NCBI GenBank assembly: GCA_044892525.1
Contig: CM097885.1
Coordinates: 50,532,001 to 50,596,000 of the forward strand
From: Schmidtea polychroa
Taxonomy: Eukaryota
Reading direction: 5' to 3'
Length of the DNA stretch: 64,000 bases
The notes under the pieces were generated by a model. It was not told where the DNA came from and ran no database searches. It saw only the letters and a list, made by a program, of their open reading frames with translations. Position 1 is the first letter of the stretch; each line of letters starts with the position of its first letter. Positions 1-30,102 of this stretch are shown here, piece after piece. Position numbers and translations under genes: made by a program.

Positions 1-1520
1 GAACAAATAACAAAAAATGTAAACAATAATAATGAATTGCATAGATTTAAAAATTTTGTTAGATAGACAGTTTGTTGGATAAAAGCTCAAATTGATAAGA
101 ATAGTGAAACATTTTCACATATAAAATCTAGATTTTACACAATAGACAATTAAATGTTAGTTTTGTATTATTCAAGCTTTAAAGGTTTTCAGCAATTTAT
201 TGTTAAAATGAAATATCTAATAAAATTAATTTGTTTTTGTTTTATTTTTTATAATTTGGAAATGTATTTTTTAAATGTAATTTTAAAAGTATATTAAATA
301 CGTTTGTAAATTTAATAAATTACTAGAGGTGCACAATATATGTTTCGAGTATAGTTTTTTATTTTCCTACTATCATATATCACACATTTTCAATATCACT
401 ATCTTAATTTTTCTTCTCCGTTTCTTCTCGTGCTGACCAACAATCTTCTTTGTTTATTTATGCCTATTTAAATTTTAACCGACATTATATTAATTTAACT
501 TACATTTGGACAATTCGGGAGTTCTTTACATTCTTCAATGCATATAAAATAAATATATTGCATTATATGTTTTCACCGATATCTTTAATGTATTATTTTA
601 ACCTTTGTCGACTTATTAACCTCACCGACTCTTTCTTTTAACGTCTTCATCATTTCCCCTGCGAAACTCTTTCGAATTCGTCATTGAAGAAATTAAGTAT
701 AAGAAAAATTCGATATATTTAATTAAATCAAATAATATTTCAACAACTTTGAACATACGTATTTAATTTATACGTTAATTAAATTTAAATGCTTTATTAT
801 GTCATTATTCAAGGAAATATTTTTATTTCTTATTGAATCTATTATTAAATATTTACAATTGCAGATATACCTCTTTTAAGGATTATTTTATTTTATTAAA
901 GCGCTTTCGTTTTTTAACCTAAAATATTTTTATCCAAAGAATTTATAAATTTATAGTTTTAAATTTCTACCAGAAATTTCTGTTAAATATTTATTTTCAT
1001 GAAAATTAAATTGTAAAATAATAAAAATTTTCAAAATAAAAAATATGACAATATTATCAATATTTCTCTCTTTTTTCTAAATTGCAGAATTAATTAAAAT
1101 AAAAAATTGAGAATATTTGAACATATTTAAATCTAAATAATATGGAAATCAAAATCTTTTCAAACCAATAATATAATAAATTTTTATACTAATTTTTTTA
1201 TCAACATTTTGTTTTATTGAAAATACGTAATTTGTTGAAGAAATGCAATTCCTTATCAGAATTTGGTATGGAAAGAGAAAATATTTACATTGAAAAAAAA
1301 TAGAGATAAAGAAATCTATGTAAATTTTAAGAAGAAATACTTACGAAATATGCGGAGAAAATAACTGTGAATGCCAAATTGTTGATTTGTTTATATATTG
1401 CCGACTAAATGAGAAAATTGTTAAATTCATAAGTTTCATTTAATTCTTTTTCCTTTTTCAGTCGAATACCATGATGATTCCGTTAGACATTTTAATATTC
1501 CCCAATATCCCAAATATTCC

Positions 1521-1676
<156 letters not shown>

Positions 1677-3071
1677 CAGCATTATTATGATTATTATTTT
1701 TCTTTGCTTCTTTTAGAAAACTTAAGTTGTAAAATAAAATGAAATAACTCAAATTTCTAATTTACTGATCCCATTAACAATATTTTAACATAAAATATCT
1801 TTACACTTTTCAAGTTATTTTTCAAATGTAAGCCTTATCTTATAAATATAATTATCAATTAATGTATAATTACAAACATTTCTATATTTATTTTAACTTA
1901 AAAGTAGAAGTAATTTTAACCTTTATCAATTAAATGTTTAATTGAAAAAGAGGAAAACTTTTGACAGTTTTACGATCACTTTAATCAATTTCTTTATTAT
2001 TATATTTGAAAAAAATAATTATGGTTTCTGTTTTGACTTTGAAAAACCATATCAATTCTATTTTACCAAAAGATCATAAATTAAATTCGTGTGTAACATC
2101 TATTTTACTTATCCGTTTACAAACGGTTGAAAAAGTGCAGTTTAAATTCTAGAATTTCTAAATGTTAATTATCGGCTTCAATGGTAATTATCCTTTAAAG
2201 AATTTCCACTCATTAGTTAAAATTAAATGATTTCCCTAAATAAGATTAAAACAAAATGTCTGAAAAAAATAACGGATGAAAAACAAATTTAATTATAATA
2301 AATAATGCGAATCTTATTAATTATTTATTGTTGTTTAAAGTAATTGATATCTAATTATTAAATTCAATTCTAATTATTTAATTAATTTGCGGTACTTGAA
2401 AGAGGCAGTGACTAAAATTTGTATTAAATAGAAAACATTGATATATAATTATAAATTAAATTAAACTAAATGAAACTGTACTGAATTTAAAATATAAAAT
2501 ATTGAATTTGAAAAAAATATAAGTAATTAAATAAATAATATTAATTTATAGAACTAATGAAATTTTTAAGATTATTATATTAAACGTTTTAAAGATGTAA
2601 ATTAAAATTATTTCGAAATAAAACTATATAATTACATAGACTTAAAATAGATGCAAGACGTTTTGAAACTTAGTCGTTTATACTATAGGTCCACTAAAGA
2701 TTTGGTTCAAATTATTTCTGGCAAAATGTTTTTAAAACATAATTATTTTAAATGTTTTGTGTAATAATATCTTGCTTTATTAAATATTATATAATCGCTA
2801 AAATATAAAATTTCAAAGGACATTCGCATTCAGCAAGATTAATTTTTCAAATTTTATTTTCTTTGAATTTTCTATTTAAAATATATTTTCTTCGATAACG
2901 AAGACTATTTCTACTTTGAAATTAATATTAATAATTAATAATTAGAGAATTAAAAAATAAATATTTTCATATTATTGGTAAAATATAATTATGAAAAATC
3001 AAAATAACAGTTAAATAAAACTCAGAATTATTAAAAATTATACTGAAATGTAATTAGTTAATTAATTTAAG

Positions 3072-17438
<14,367 letters not shown>

Positions 17439-17592
17439 AAAGAAAATTGTTTTATTATTTTATATTTTTTAATAAGTTATGAATAAATTTATATAATGAA
17501 TAATTGCATGTGGAATGATGAAAAATATATAAATGCATGAAACAATGATTTATGGACTTTTATTTTTACATGAAAAGAATATATTAAAAATA

Positions 17593-17625
<33 letters not shown>

Positions 17626-18509
17626 CAATATCTATTATTATAATTATTATTATTATTATTATAAATTTTGAATATTAAATTTTATGCTTTAATGAATATT
17701 TAAAAATATAATTTAACACTTTCCAAATTATGAATTTATGTTTATTTATGATTACAATTTTGTTTTAATTACAAATATTATTCCCAAAATGTGCAAAAGA
17801 ATAAAACGGATGTCTAAAATGTCTAATGTATATATGTCATTTTATACAAAATAAAGTTTATAATGTTCGAATCACCTTGAAATCTTTTTTCGGCTAATTT
17901 TAATGTACCTTAGTGAAAGTCATAAGGGTTTTAAATTATCAATGTCAACCAAATTGTTTAAGTTATTTTTGATTTCAAGAAAAATATGTAAATTTTTCAT
18001 AAATTTCTCAAGTTGATATTTGTAATATTTCTCTTACATTCTTTCAAAATAAATTTTCAAATACATTTAATAAGAAACATTCAATGAATTTTATTAATTT
18101 TTATATTAACAATTGACAATAGCATCGAAGTCCCAAATGAAACTTTTTCGTTTTACCCATAATTAATCATTGTTTAATAATTAAACGTCAATTTACATAG
18201 TATTTATTCTATTTAATTTTGCTTACGTTCGTTCCCCTTAATGATCAAAGAAAATACATTTATGTTATCATGATCATTAAAAGTCAGTAAAACCTTTTAG
18301 CTCGTCCAATCATTGTAAAATTCCTAGCTCTAATGTTTGTTTTACTTAATTTATATTAATTAATTTTTAATAAATAAATTTTAAATTTAAATTACAAAAT
18401 TCTACATAGTAAATATATTTAATAATTAATAATTGAAGAAAGAATTTAAAATGAATAATTACATTTTATAGTGGTATGTAAAATCTGAGAATAACTGATT
18501 TCAGCGGAA

Positions 18510-18813
18510 CAAAGGCGTCTTTAGAAATTTGTCGCCCCTGTGCTATAAACTATAATGCGCCCCTAAAAAAACAATTTTTACAAAAATATATTATGTTTAT
18601 TAATAATATTACACATTATTGCATATTCATCGACTAAGACACTATTTGTTTGATTATTTTCAACCAGTGGCCTCTCTTGGGAAATTTTTTAAGTTATTCA
18701 TAATTTTTTTTGTAATATCATAAATTGCAAATTGTATCAAATTTATGGCTTTTAAAAAATTTACGGCGTACCCTGTGCTTAGCACAGTTAGCACAATGGA
18801 AGAGACGGTGCTG
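18510..18813. mobile_element. hAT-type MITE
   Basis: CAAAGGCGTCTT ... AGAGACGGTGCTG with a perfect 8-bp TSD CAGCGGAA; inverted copy at 27704-28039. Confidence 0.88.
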
Positions 18814-19465
18814 CAGCGGAAGATTTTAGGTATTATTTTAAACAGAACTGGTTAATTATTCTTTTCTGTTAAATAAACATTATTATTTAAAGAATAATTT
18901 TAAAAAATAAATGATAACATAAGCAAAATATGTCTTAAAATGAGAGAATTTTTGATGATAAAGTAATCCTTTTCTACATCTTATTGGAAAGGATTATTTA
19001 TTAATCGAAAGATTTTCTAATTTAATACATATTTTGCAGCAAAGACTTGTCTTATCATTTACTTATTTAACATTTAATTTATACTGCCACCAAGAAACTA
19101 TGATTTTATACTTAAATAATAATTGTTTTATTATGGTTTTATATATACCATGTGTCTAAAACACATGCACCATTGTTATTAATAATAAACTATGATATAA
19201 TCTGATGACCCAAATAAACAAAATAATCAATAAAACATGTTACGTAATAAAAGAGACAAGGCAAATTCATTTGCATGACATAACTGTATTTTATTATTAT
19301 ATTATATTAATTTCTTACAACTACAAATCTCAAACAGGGAGGATGGATAATACTAAGAAAATTGAAGCGACAACATATAATTTAAATAACGTTTTTTTAA
19401 CATTACAGCCTTTATTAAAAATTTGTAACTAGTTTTCAAACGGTTTACCTCAATAAATGAAGCGA

Positions 19466-19690
19466 ATAAAAAGTGGCGCGGACAATAAAAACGCAGGTAA
19501 AAAAGGAAATATGTCCATATCTTTTTTAATCACTATATGGCTTTTTTAGAATTTAGTTATAAATACTTATTTCACGATTCGATATAGATTTATCTGCTCA
19601 TTTATTATTTTTTCCTTTATTGTCCGCGCCGTTTTTTATCCGTGCCGTCTTTGACTGTGCTGTCTTTTCCGTGCGTTTATTGGTGAATAA
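19466..19690. mobile_element. Degenerate foldback/MULE-like MITE fragment
   Basis: GGCGCGGACAATAAA (about 19475) is inverted at TTTATTGTCCGCGCC (about 19616), with short subrepeats; no TSD found. Confidence 0.4.
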
Positions 19691-20659
19691 TTTTTCAAAT
19701 TAATTTAGTTTAATTTGGTTTGTGAAACTTTAGGTTAAATTATTTTTATTTTTATTTAAAACAATTAAAATTATTAGTAAAATCATTTATTTTCTTTTGT
19801 TTATCTTTGACCTGTTCTTTTATAATTTTTTCTTTCTTCATTTAAATTTCGAACCAATGTTTATTCTATTTAATATCCATTTTTGGGACTGTATTTTTTC
19901 CGAAGTTTTATATTATGTTGGAAGGAAGATTGATTTAATGTAGAAATTTAAATGAAAATAATTGAAATTCAACAAAAATTATAATCAAAGCACCGTTTGT
20001 AACACGGGCTAAATTTAGGCATTTTGTAAGCGGTGGCCTCTAAGTAGAGCAATCCTAAAATGTTGAAAAGAATTTTTTAAATGAAATAAATGTAACAGAA
20101 TTATTAATTAATATGCAGCTTCATCGTGGATATATTTAATATAAAATTATTATGGATTTTAATGGGAAAATTCCAAATGGAGTAGTAAAGATTTAATAAA
20201 ATTAAATTACAAAATGAAATTTCCTCGAAAAAATTTTAAATTCATTTAACCCCTTCAGTAATCATTAAAAATGGAAAAATTGAAAAAAAAGATTATCCAT
20301 AAAATCAATTGAAATTGAATCACATAATTCATCATTCGGATTTTCGTATTATTTCTTCTTCCTAAAAAATGTTTATACGGTGTCTGTTGGGTGAAGTTTG
20401 TCCGAGTTATCTCGGTTGTGGGCATTTTCGCCCATAAAAGCCACCCGAGTATATTAAATTATTTCTAGTGATTAAGCAGATTATAAATAATTGAAAATCA
20501 AAAAATAGTTAATGTAGAATAACCACTTTGTATTTGTAAAAATAAATGAACATCATTTTTTATAAATATTTTGTAATCCATTTATTCAATTAGAGAAATT
20601 AAATAAAATTATTCATACTAATAGATTCTTGAATAAATAGTTAAACATACATGACACCG

Positions 20660-21660
20660 ATTTAATTATACGAAACCACCAATCAAACATTCGTTTCACG
20701 ATATATTTCGATAGTTTTCGTGTCATCATCAATTAGAATATAATAACTTTATAAATTAAGGATTTTTAAACAGATTTATTAATTGTATTAATTATTAGTT
20801 ATATAAAAACATTTTTTTAATAAAAACATTTGATTTCAAATAATATATATTTTTTTAATTTTAACATATTGAATTTAATTTAGTGATTTATTAATTATTT
20901 AATTTAACAACAATCCATACCATACAATATACAAAAGATTATTTAAAAACATTTAAAGCACAAGTATTCAAAGTATTCTGCACATTAATTTTTAGATTCA
21001 ATGACTTCATCAATAACGCCTCAAAAATTACACGTTCCTAATAATTATCGAAATTTTTTAATAAAATTTTAAAATCAGACACCCCTATTTTACTCTTACA
21101 GTCCTTATTGTGCTCACTAATATTGGTCAATGCCTTCGGTCTATAATGCTCTTGAGCTAGAATACAGAGATGACAGGAAGTATCTCCAATGTATGTGGCA
21201 TTACACCCATTACATGTAAACTGATAAACGCAATCAGAACACAATTCAATCGAAGTTTTAGACTTATTAATAAACATATTGCGTAATTTCTATGAATTTG
21301 ACACATCCCTATAGTTTAAATTTCCTAACTGCTTTCTTATCTTCCCTTTATAATCCTTAAAACCTTCTTAGTACGGCAATACCAACACAAATTAAGCTCA
21401 TTATCTTTACCCACACAATTTAATTTATTTTACTCATCAAACTCACACAACTCAACAAAATCACACCCAGATTTTCCCAAACATGAATCCTTAGGATTTT
21501 TATTCAATTTGTCAACAGTCTTTTTTACCATAATTAATAAAAAGCATTTTGAAAAACCATTCTTCATTAACAATTCAACCAATTTGTCAACACTTTTTAC
21601 TGAACTTACAGAAGTCAAAGAATTATATGTGCGTAATCTAATAAGGATTATAATTAATTC
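20660..21660 (-). mobile_element. Penelope-like retroelement 3' remnant (GIY-YIG endonuclease and terminal repeat)
   Basis: ORF 21038-21277 reads CVYQFTCNGCNATYIGDT..L...AQEH (GIY-YIG). A degenerate hammerhead motif lies at 20694-20736. Confidence 0.8.
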
Positions 21661-22749
21661 TTCTATATAACTCCTAATAATTCTCCATTTTTTATTTATT
21701 CCCCACTATTCTTTAATTTTAAAAAAAATGATTAAAGTTTAAAATAATCTCCCACCTTTTAATAATTCTCCATCTGAAAACAAAGAAATTTAAAAAAAAT
21801 AAAATATGAAATTAATATTTATGTGAATTCAGTCTTAAACCAAATTATCAGTAAATTTTTTAATTTATTTTACATCTCAGTTTTTTTTGATAAAATAAAT
21901 CACTTTTATTGATAAAAATAATTTTAACCATTTAATTTTTTGGAAAAATTTCAAATAATTATCTAGTTAATTTTATTTTTAAATATAAATAATTCATAAT
22001 GGAAATTATTAGAAGTTTCACAGTAATTAAATTAATTAAAAATCTCTAAAAATAGATGGATATTGGATTTTTGTAAATTTATTTTAGGATTAAATGACTT
22101 TATTATCAATGCTTTACAAGTGCATATTTCTCGATTTTGAAACCTTAAGTTAACGCTAAATATTTTGAAATGTATATTTTTAACTTTCATGTCAAATTGT
22201 GTTTGATAATATATCTAGATTCATTTTTCCTCGGATATTATGAATTACTTCTTCAACTCATTTTAGTTCGCTTAAACACATGGGAACTTTGTCAAAGTAA
22301 AACATCTTTTGTCCATAATCTTTATTTAAATTTATAAGAAGTTTGCGCAAAAGATTTATTTGCTATATTTAAAAGGCATCAGTTTTAGGAATGTTTTCTG
22401 AATGCATTATTTTGTTGATGCCTGCATGAAAGGTTTTGGGAACAATAATTACATTATGTTTTTTAATAGAATAACTTGGGAATTACTTCGATGGTACTTA
22501 TAGCCTGGTCAATCGGGAAAACAAATTAATCTCAGTTGTTGATTTTGCTATTTGTTTATTTATTTATTTTGACAAAAAATGTGTCTAATAGATAGATATT
22601 ATTTCAATTATTATATACCCTAAATTGTTTTCTTTATTCTGTATTTAGATTATATTGCAATTGTTTATTATTAGAGCTCTTTTTGTGAATATGAAGATGA
22701 GCGTTTCTAGATTAATATTCTTTTATTTTTGGGACATCATAATTTCATT

Positions 22750-22811
<62 letters not shown>

Positions 22812-23557
22812 TTATATATTAATATATTAACTTATTGTCATTTTTTTGAAAATAAACAGTTTGATATATTTCATTTCTTCAAAAATTAAAATTATTAAAT
22901 TTCATAATTTATTCTTTTAAAATATAAATGTTTGACATTAAGATAAATTTAATATTTTTTTCCGATACTACTGAAATATAATTTTGTCGTTATCGTCATA
23001 ATATTCAACAGAAATCTAAAATTATCCGTGATGTTGTTATTTTAGTAAATTTTTACTTAATTTAAATTAAATTTACCTTTAGAAAATAATCATTCCTTCC
23101 AAAATATCTACCTATATATTTTATTTTGTAATCGTCATTTTCGGAGTCTAAGAGTTTGTGTTTTTTGAAATATTTATTTTTCCATGTTTAAAATAATCCC
23201 AAGCATCGGTAGAAGGCTATGGGGCTTATTTCTTGAAACTGATATAGCAAATCTTTATAGTAATTATTGTAAGTCTCGAAGGTATATAATTTGTATAATC
23301 GTATAACGAGCGATGTTATGTTACAAGAAACTTGAAGAGCCTGAAAGAGTCACCGTTATAAAAAATTGGGGTGCGTGTATGTATTGCCTTATACAACCAG
23401 AACAAAAAAAATATTAAAATAATATAGTATAACGAACCTATTAACTATTACAACTTTTATTAAATATAAAATTAAATAATTAAACAACCTTATTATTATT
23501 GCTTTTCTCCATCTCGAAAATTATACTGTTTAGTCTGGTAATGATTACAGCTGGAAT

Positions 23558-23730
23558 GTTCCGGTTATTTGGTAATGATTAATTGAAAGTTTGATTGAAG
23601 GTTCCAGTTATTTAGTAATGATTAATTGAAGGTTTGATTAAATGTTCCGGTTATTTGGTAAGGATTAATTAAAGGTTGGATTGAATGTTCCCGTTATTTA
23701 GTAAGGATTACTAATCGAAAGTTTGATTGA
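23558..23730. repeat. Minisatellite, about 43-bp unit x4
   Basis: Repeated GTTCCGGTTATTTGGTAATGATTAATTGAAAGTTTGATTGAA variants. Confidence 0.85.
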
Positions 23731-24933
23731 GAATACACAATTTATACGTAAAATGTTTAATTAACTTTATCGAATTTTTTATTTTGAATTTTTTTTCGAT
23801 TTTTGTACAGCCATAGTAAATTATCGCTATATAATTTTTTATTTCATTTTCCAGCGCGACCTACGCTCAACAAAATAACAAGACGGAACAAAACCTTGTT
23901 TAAAAATCAATTAAATATATAATTGTACATTACAGTAATTATTTCAGATATTTCTAATTTAGCGTCATCATTATTTTTAATAAATTTATATAAATAATTG
24001 AAAAAATAACAAAATTTTTATTTATTTCCACTTTTTTTCACTTTTATTTAAACTAATATTCAAACATTAAAACAAATACAATCTTGAATATACAAGGTTT
24101 TTTTTTATACTAAGGCTTTGATAGTCCCTTATATAAATCTTTTATATAATATAAGATCTTGACTCTAAAAAAAATTTATAACAAGTAAACAATTATATTT
24201 TATCAGATTAGATAAAGTCCAAAAACACTTTAGGAAACAATAGAAATACCCTGGTGTTCAAAAAATAATGAAACATAATTTTGACGAATTTTATTTAAAA
24301 GTACTAATAGAAATAAATAATTCACATAAATCTCTATTTATCTGATCCGTTATTCTACAAAACTTAAACGAAAAGTCAACAAAGCGGCTTTTTTTAATCT
24401 AGAACCAATCCTATTTAGTGCTCGACTTGTACTGCTGTGAATGACAAATTGCGCCACTATTACATTACATCAAAAGCCTTACGATGATTCTATTCACTAT
24501 GGGACAAAATATGGGACAATTTGAGAAACATATAATGATGTTGGACAGTGTATCAAAATACGCATCTGTCCAGCAAAATTTCAAACAATTGACTTTACTA
24601 CATTTTCCTTGAGCTACTACTAGCCACAATGAAAATATTAACATGTTTGATAAGGGAACTTGACACTAAACCTGTAAATCTCATTTTTCAAAGTTTCTGT
24701 TATTTTTTTCCTTTTTTCCTTTTTTTTTAATTCAGTTTTTCTCAAGAATTATTCTGAATTATAAGATTTTTTTTTTCAAATTTCACCACTGATTTCTTTT
24801 CCATTGACATTATATTTATTAAAATACTTGACTATGAATCAGTAAATATATCAAAAACATCGATATATTTACTGATTCATAGTCAAGCTTTTTAATAAAT
24901 TATTCTGAAATTCATAAATAAAAAAAATTTATA

Positions 24934-25443
24934 TACTGCCCGACACTATTTTTAGCACAGTAAGAAATTTCGTTACAAAATCATGAATAATGTAATAAAT
25001 GAAATAAATTTTGTATGATTGTAATTAATATAGTAATACTTTTAATAATTATCACTACTTAGACATATATTATTTTTTGTTTAAATAATATTTGAATTCT
25101 TAGGTTTTTTAAAAATTAAAATACGACACAATTTTTAGCACACTTTAAAGATTTTTAAGTATTAAGACTGTGTAAAGTTCTGAGTAATCACGGAAATTTG
25201 TATAATTGTTAAGTATTAGTGTGTATAAATAAAGTGTGCTAAAAATTGTGTCGTATTTTAATTTTTAAAAAACCTAAGAATTCAAATATTATTTAAACAA
25301 AAAATAATATATGTCTAAGTAGTGATAGTTATTAAAAGTATTACTATATTAATTACAATCATACAAAATTTATTTCATTTATTACATTATTCATGATTTT
25401 GTAACGAAATTTCTTACTGTGCTAAAAATAGTGTCGGGCAGTA
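24934..25443. mobile_element. Tc1/mariner-type foldback MITE with about 214-bp TIRs (IR/DR-like)
   Basis: Arms 24934-25147 and 25230-25443 are near-perfect inverted copies with TA flanks. ATTTTTAGCACA is repeated at the outer and inner end of each arm. Confidence 0.88.
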
Positions 25444-25839
25444 TATATCAATAGAAAAATGAATTTTTTACGTGACATTTAAAAATGTTTTTTTAGAACT
25501 ACAAAATTGTTAATTATTGCAAAATTTATACTAGATTATTTTTAAAGCTATTTTTCCTCTATGTTTTGTAATGATCATCAATCGTAAAAGGTTTTAATTT
25601 TATTACCCATTGCAGTGTTTTGTCCGGTATGTTACAACTCTTAAAAGGGTTTCCCAAACTTTATAATAGAAATTCTTAATGTAATTTTCTTTTTTTGTAC
25701 ACATTTCAGTAAAACTGGAAATTAAAATGAAAGTTTTTTTAAAGTTTTTTATATTTAAGAAAACAGAGTAAGATTTAATTCAATAAATATGTCTGCTTTC
25801 CTGTTTATGGTTTGATGTCAAATTTATGAAACACGTCAA

Positions 25840-26165
25840 ATTTGATAAAACTAAGAAGAAATTACCCGAAACTGTGTCTTTTTATAACAGAACTATATTT
25901 GGCGTCTTTATAACTGACCAAATGGCACTGAAATATGGTGTGAAATCAGGTTCCAGAAGATGACCACTTCAAGTTTTTTTCAATATTCTAGATTTAGCTG
26001 GAATAAATGCTTGGATATTGTATACAAACACGACAAGTGAAAATATATCTAAACCAAGTACTACCCTTCAAACAAGTAAATTGTGTCAAATAGGAAATTG
26101 TAATACGGCGACTATTTGTAATACATGCAAAAAATATGTAGGCGGAAAATGTATATATATATGCG

Positions 26166-26170
<5 letters not shown>
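25840..26170 (+). pseudogene. piggyBac transposase C-terminal remnant
   Basis: KLPETVSFYNRT.FGV..TDQMALKYGVKSGSRR*PLQVFFNILDLAGINAWILY followed by a Cys-rich tail (CQIGNC..CNTCKKYV..KC). Confidence 0.8.
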
Positions 26171-27042
<872 letters not shown>

Positions 27043-27703
27043 TTTGAGTTTTATTGATATGAAATCACATGGCAATCAAAATATGTTTAGGAATATTAAT
27101 ATTTTATGTTTCAATTTAAATAAAGAATGATTTTATAATAAATATAATATATTATAATTCACCTAATTGAAGTAATTTATTATTTATAAAAAATATATAA
27201 AGACTGAAACTCCACAAATCACTTTTTTCTAAGACCAGTCATTTTGACTGGTGTCGGTATATCTAATGTTAAATTAAATGGGTTTTAATAATTGCAAAAC
27301 ATATATCAGTTTTAATTTTAGCAGATAGCTTTATTTAATGATGAAAGTTATAAATAAAAAGTAAAAAATCTGATAGTCATTTTTTGTGTATTAAAAAAAC
27401 GAATGAATGTTTTGTTTCACATTGAAAATTAATTGGTTAAAGTCGGTCATAATTTATTTTAATTAAACAAAAAAAATGATTCAATCTTTGCAAAATACAA
27501 CTAAAGCATTTTTAAAAGCTTTTTTCTTTACATTTAAATTTTGTGATAATTTTTTAATTTGATCTCTGTTATTCAATTGCCTTGAAATTTTGCATACATA
27601 CATAAATCTCTTGGCAATACAATATTTTCCAAATTTCCTATTTAATTCTGCATTGAAGTTGAAAATTTTTCTTTATATGTTCCATATGTATATACCAGAA
27701 ATG

Positions 27704-28039
27704 CAGCGCCGTCTCTTCCATTGTGCTAACTGTGCTAAGCACAGGAGGCGCCGTATATTTTATAAAAGCCATAAATTTGATAAAATTTGCACTTTCAAAT
27801 ATAATTTATGGTATTAAAAAAAAAATTATGAATAATTTAAAAAATTTCCCAAGAGAGGCCACTGGTTGAAAATAATCAAACAAAGAGTGTCGTAGTCATG
27901 TAATATATAATATTAATATATGTATATGCAATAATGTGTAATATTATTAATAAACATAATATATTTTTGTAAAAATTGTTTTTTAGGGGAGCATTATAGT
28001 TTATAGCACAGGGGCGACAAATTTCTAAAGACGCCTTTG
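27704..28039. mobile_element. hAT-type MITE (same family as 18510-18813)
   Basis: Reverse-complement similarity to the 18510 copy; perfect 8-bp TSD CAGAAATG. Confidence 0.88.
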
Positions 28040-28754
28040 CAGAAATGCATGGACTTGGTAATACCAAGGACCACATCGATGCATTTTTGCTTACGACGGG
28101 TCGCTAAAAAGTTAAAGTTATTTATTAACTGAGTTTTGAAACGACCATTTTATCGTCATATAAACTATTTCATAAAACACAAAAAAATTAAAAATTAAAG
28201 CGAGATAAACATTTATTTTAGAAAAAACTTATTTGATAAATGACATTGTTTTTAATATCTGGTTCAATTTTTGTAGTAACCAAACGCTTTATGATTTTTT
28301 AAAATTTAATTTGTCAAACGGTTTCTATATTTCGATTTCATGACTGAGAAAGCAAGCGCAACAACTAAAACTTTTTAATTATTTTTTTCAACACAACGAT
28401 AAAAACTTAACAAATCTCTTTCCTTCAATTTAAAAAGATTTAAGTTATTTTGCATGTCAATCACCTCAAGCTGGACTGACTAGTGCCTTTTCGGGCAAAA
28501 TTATGAGCAACAACTTCATTTTCTGAAAATACGAAAATCTCTGAAGGCTTATATTAGTATGTCAATTTCTTTTTAGTTTTCAAATTTTTGAACACAATTA
28601 TTTCCCTTTTTTTAAATGAAATGGCGCCTCAAAAACAATTATATAAAATTATTTTTAAAGAAAATCTGAAATTTATATTGGCAGTTGATTATCATTTTCA
28701 AACTTTGAATGAAAAAGTGAATTAGAATTATTATAAGAAAAAAATTAGAAATTA

Positions 28755-29204
28755 TTATATTATATAAAAACATTTATTATAATATATTATTGTCAACATA
28801 TGGAGCGATAACTTTTTTGATAAGTACGGCTGTCTTTGTACGTCCCGATGAAAATTTCGTAAACCTGCAGTACAGTCATTTGAACGAAAAGAGAAGTTGT
28901 GTTTTGCTGTATGAAATGCAATCGTTGACTCTTTTGCTGCAAGACTCAACTCATCTTTATTTTCCTCAATTTTCTTGAAAAATTCGCTGACTTTCTTGCT
29001 AGATGATCCAGCTTCTAGAGATGCTTTATGGCGTTTGCTATCAGCATGTTGAGTAATATCTCTGCGACCGCCAGAGGAAATCGAGAATTTTGTACAGCAT
29101 ATTGACCAATACGCTTTGGAGTCATCATGTGCCACTTTCGTTATAAATGGAAATTCAGTCGTGTAGTTTACATTAAAAGAAGTTTTTCTTCTCTTCTCAG
29201 ACAT
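28755..29204 (-). pseudogene. hAT (Blackjack-like) transposase N-terminal fragment with a BED-like zinc finger
   Basis: FPFITKVAHDDSKAYWSICCTKFSISSGGRRDITQHADSKRHK..AAKESTIAFHTAKHNFSFRSNDC; the frame breaks after this. Confidence 0.75.
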
Positions 29205-29297
29205 ATTGTGCTAAAACAGCCACGGCCAACCGGTGGCCCGCGAAGTGTTTTGATCTGGCCCGGACACAATTTTAAACATCAAATCAATAATTGTCTT

Positions 29298-29345
29298 TGT
29301 TAGGGATATTTAAATAATTAATTTATAAATAAAATATATATTATA
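29298..29345 (+). repeat. Gypsy 5' LTR, first part
   Basis: Matches 49448-49495 with one mismatch. Confidence 0.93.
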
Positions 29346-29365
29346 AGTAGGTACAAGTGCGCTGC

Positions 29366-29486
29366 ATGACTCATCATTACCCCACCCCCCCGCCCCCAGT
29401 GAGTCATAAATGACGTCATCCATGACTCATCGCGCATGACTCACCGGCGATGACTCATCGCACATGACTCATCAAGGGTGACTCAT
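29366..29486. promoter_or_regulatory. Terminal cluster of AP-1 (TGAC/GTCA), CRE (TGACGTCA) and GC-box motifs; mirrored at about 43604-43724
   Basis: Seven TGA(C/G)TCA, one TGACGTCA (29411-29418) and CCCCACCCCCCCGCCCCC within about 120 bp. Function is inferred. Confidence 0.55.
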
Positions 29487-29546
29487 TTCAAATTTAAATT
29501 TCCAAAGGTCAAATAAGGTCAAACCTTCACCCAAGGGTATCATTAG

Positions 29547-30102
29547 AAAGGTATTTGAGAGGTCAGTTTGATGGTCATACCCTCGAAGGTGTATGGTGGG
29601 TCCTTAACCTTCAAAGGGTCAAAAACCTTCGAATTTTTTCAAACTTTGTAATATATATATATCATTCGAAAGGTATTTGGGAGGTCTATCTAATGGTCAT
29701 ACCCTCGAATGTATATGGTGGGTCAATAACCTTCAAAGGATGTCCAAAATTAAATATTTTTCAAACCATATAATATATATATATCATTCAAAAGGACTTT
29801 TGATGGTGAGTTCGAAGGTCCAAGGGTCGAAGGGTCCAAGGTTCAAAAATTTTAAAACCTTATAATATACATATCAAACGAAAGGTATTTGAGATGTAAG
29901 TATCATGGTCATACTTTCAAAGGTTTATGAATGGTCCTTAACCTTCAAACCTTCAAAGGGTCCAAAACCTTTAAAAATTATACATATAGATATATACATG
30001 TCAAATAAAAGGTAATTCAAAGATGAGTATGATGGTCCAAGTTTGAAGGTCAAAGGATCCATGGTTTAAATTTTTCAAACCTTATAATATACATATCAAA
30101 CA
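29547..30102. repeat. Subterminal tandem array of about 90-125-bp units (mirrored at about 42795-43545 with one extra unit)
   Basis: Recurring ATATATCATTCGAAAGGTATTTG...GATGGTCATACCCTCGAA...AACCTTCAAAGG. Confidence 0.85.

Noticed and set aside
29547..30102. Repeat arrays as a possible CRISPR (also 23558-23730 and 34030-34150)
   Set aside because: The units are tandem without unique spacers, the context is eukaryotic and there are no cas genes.
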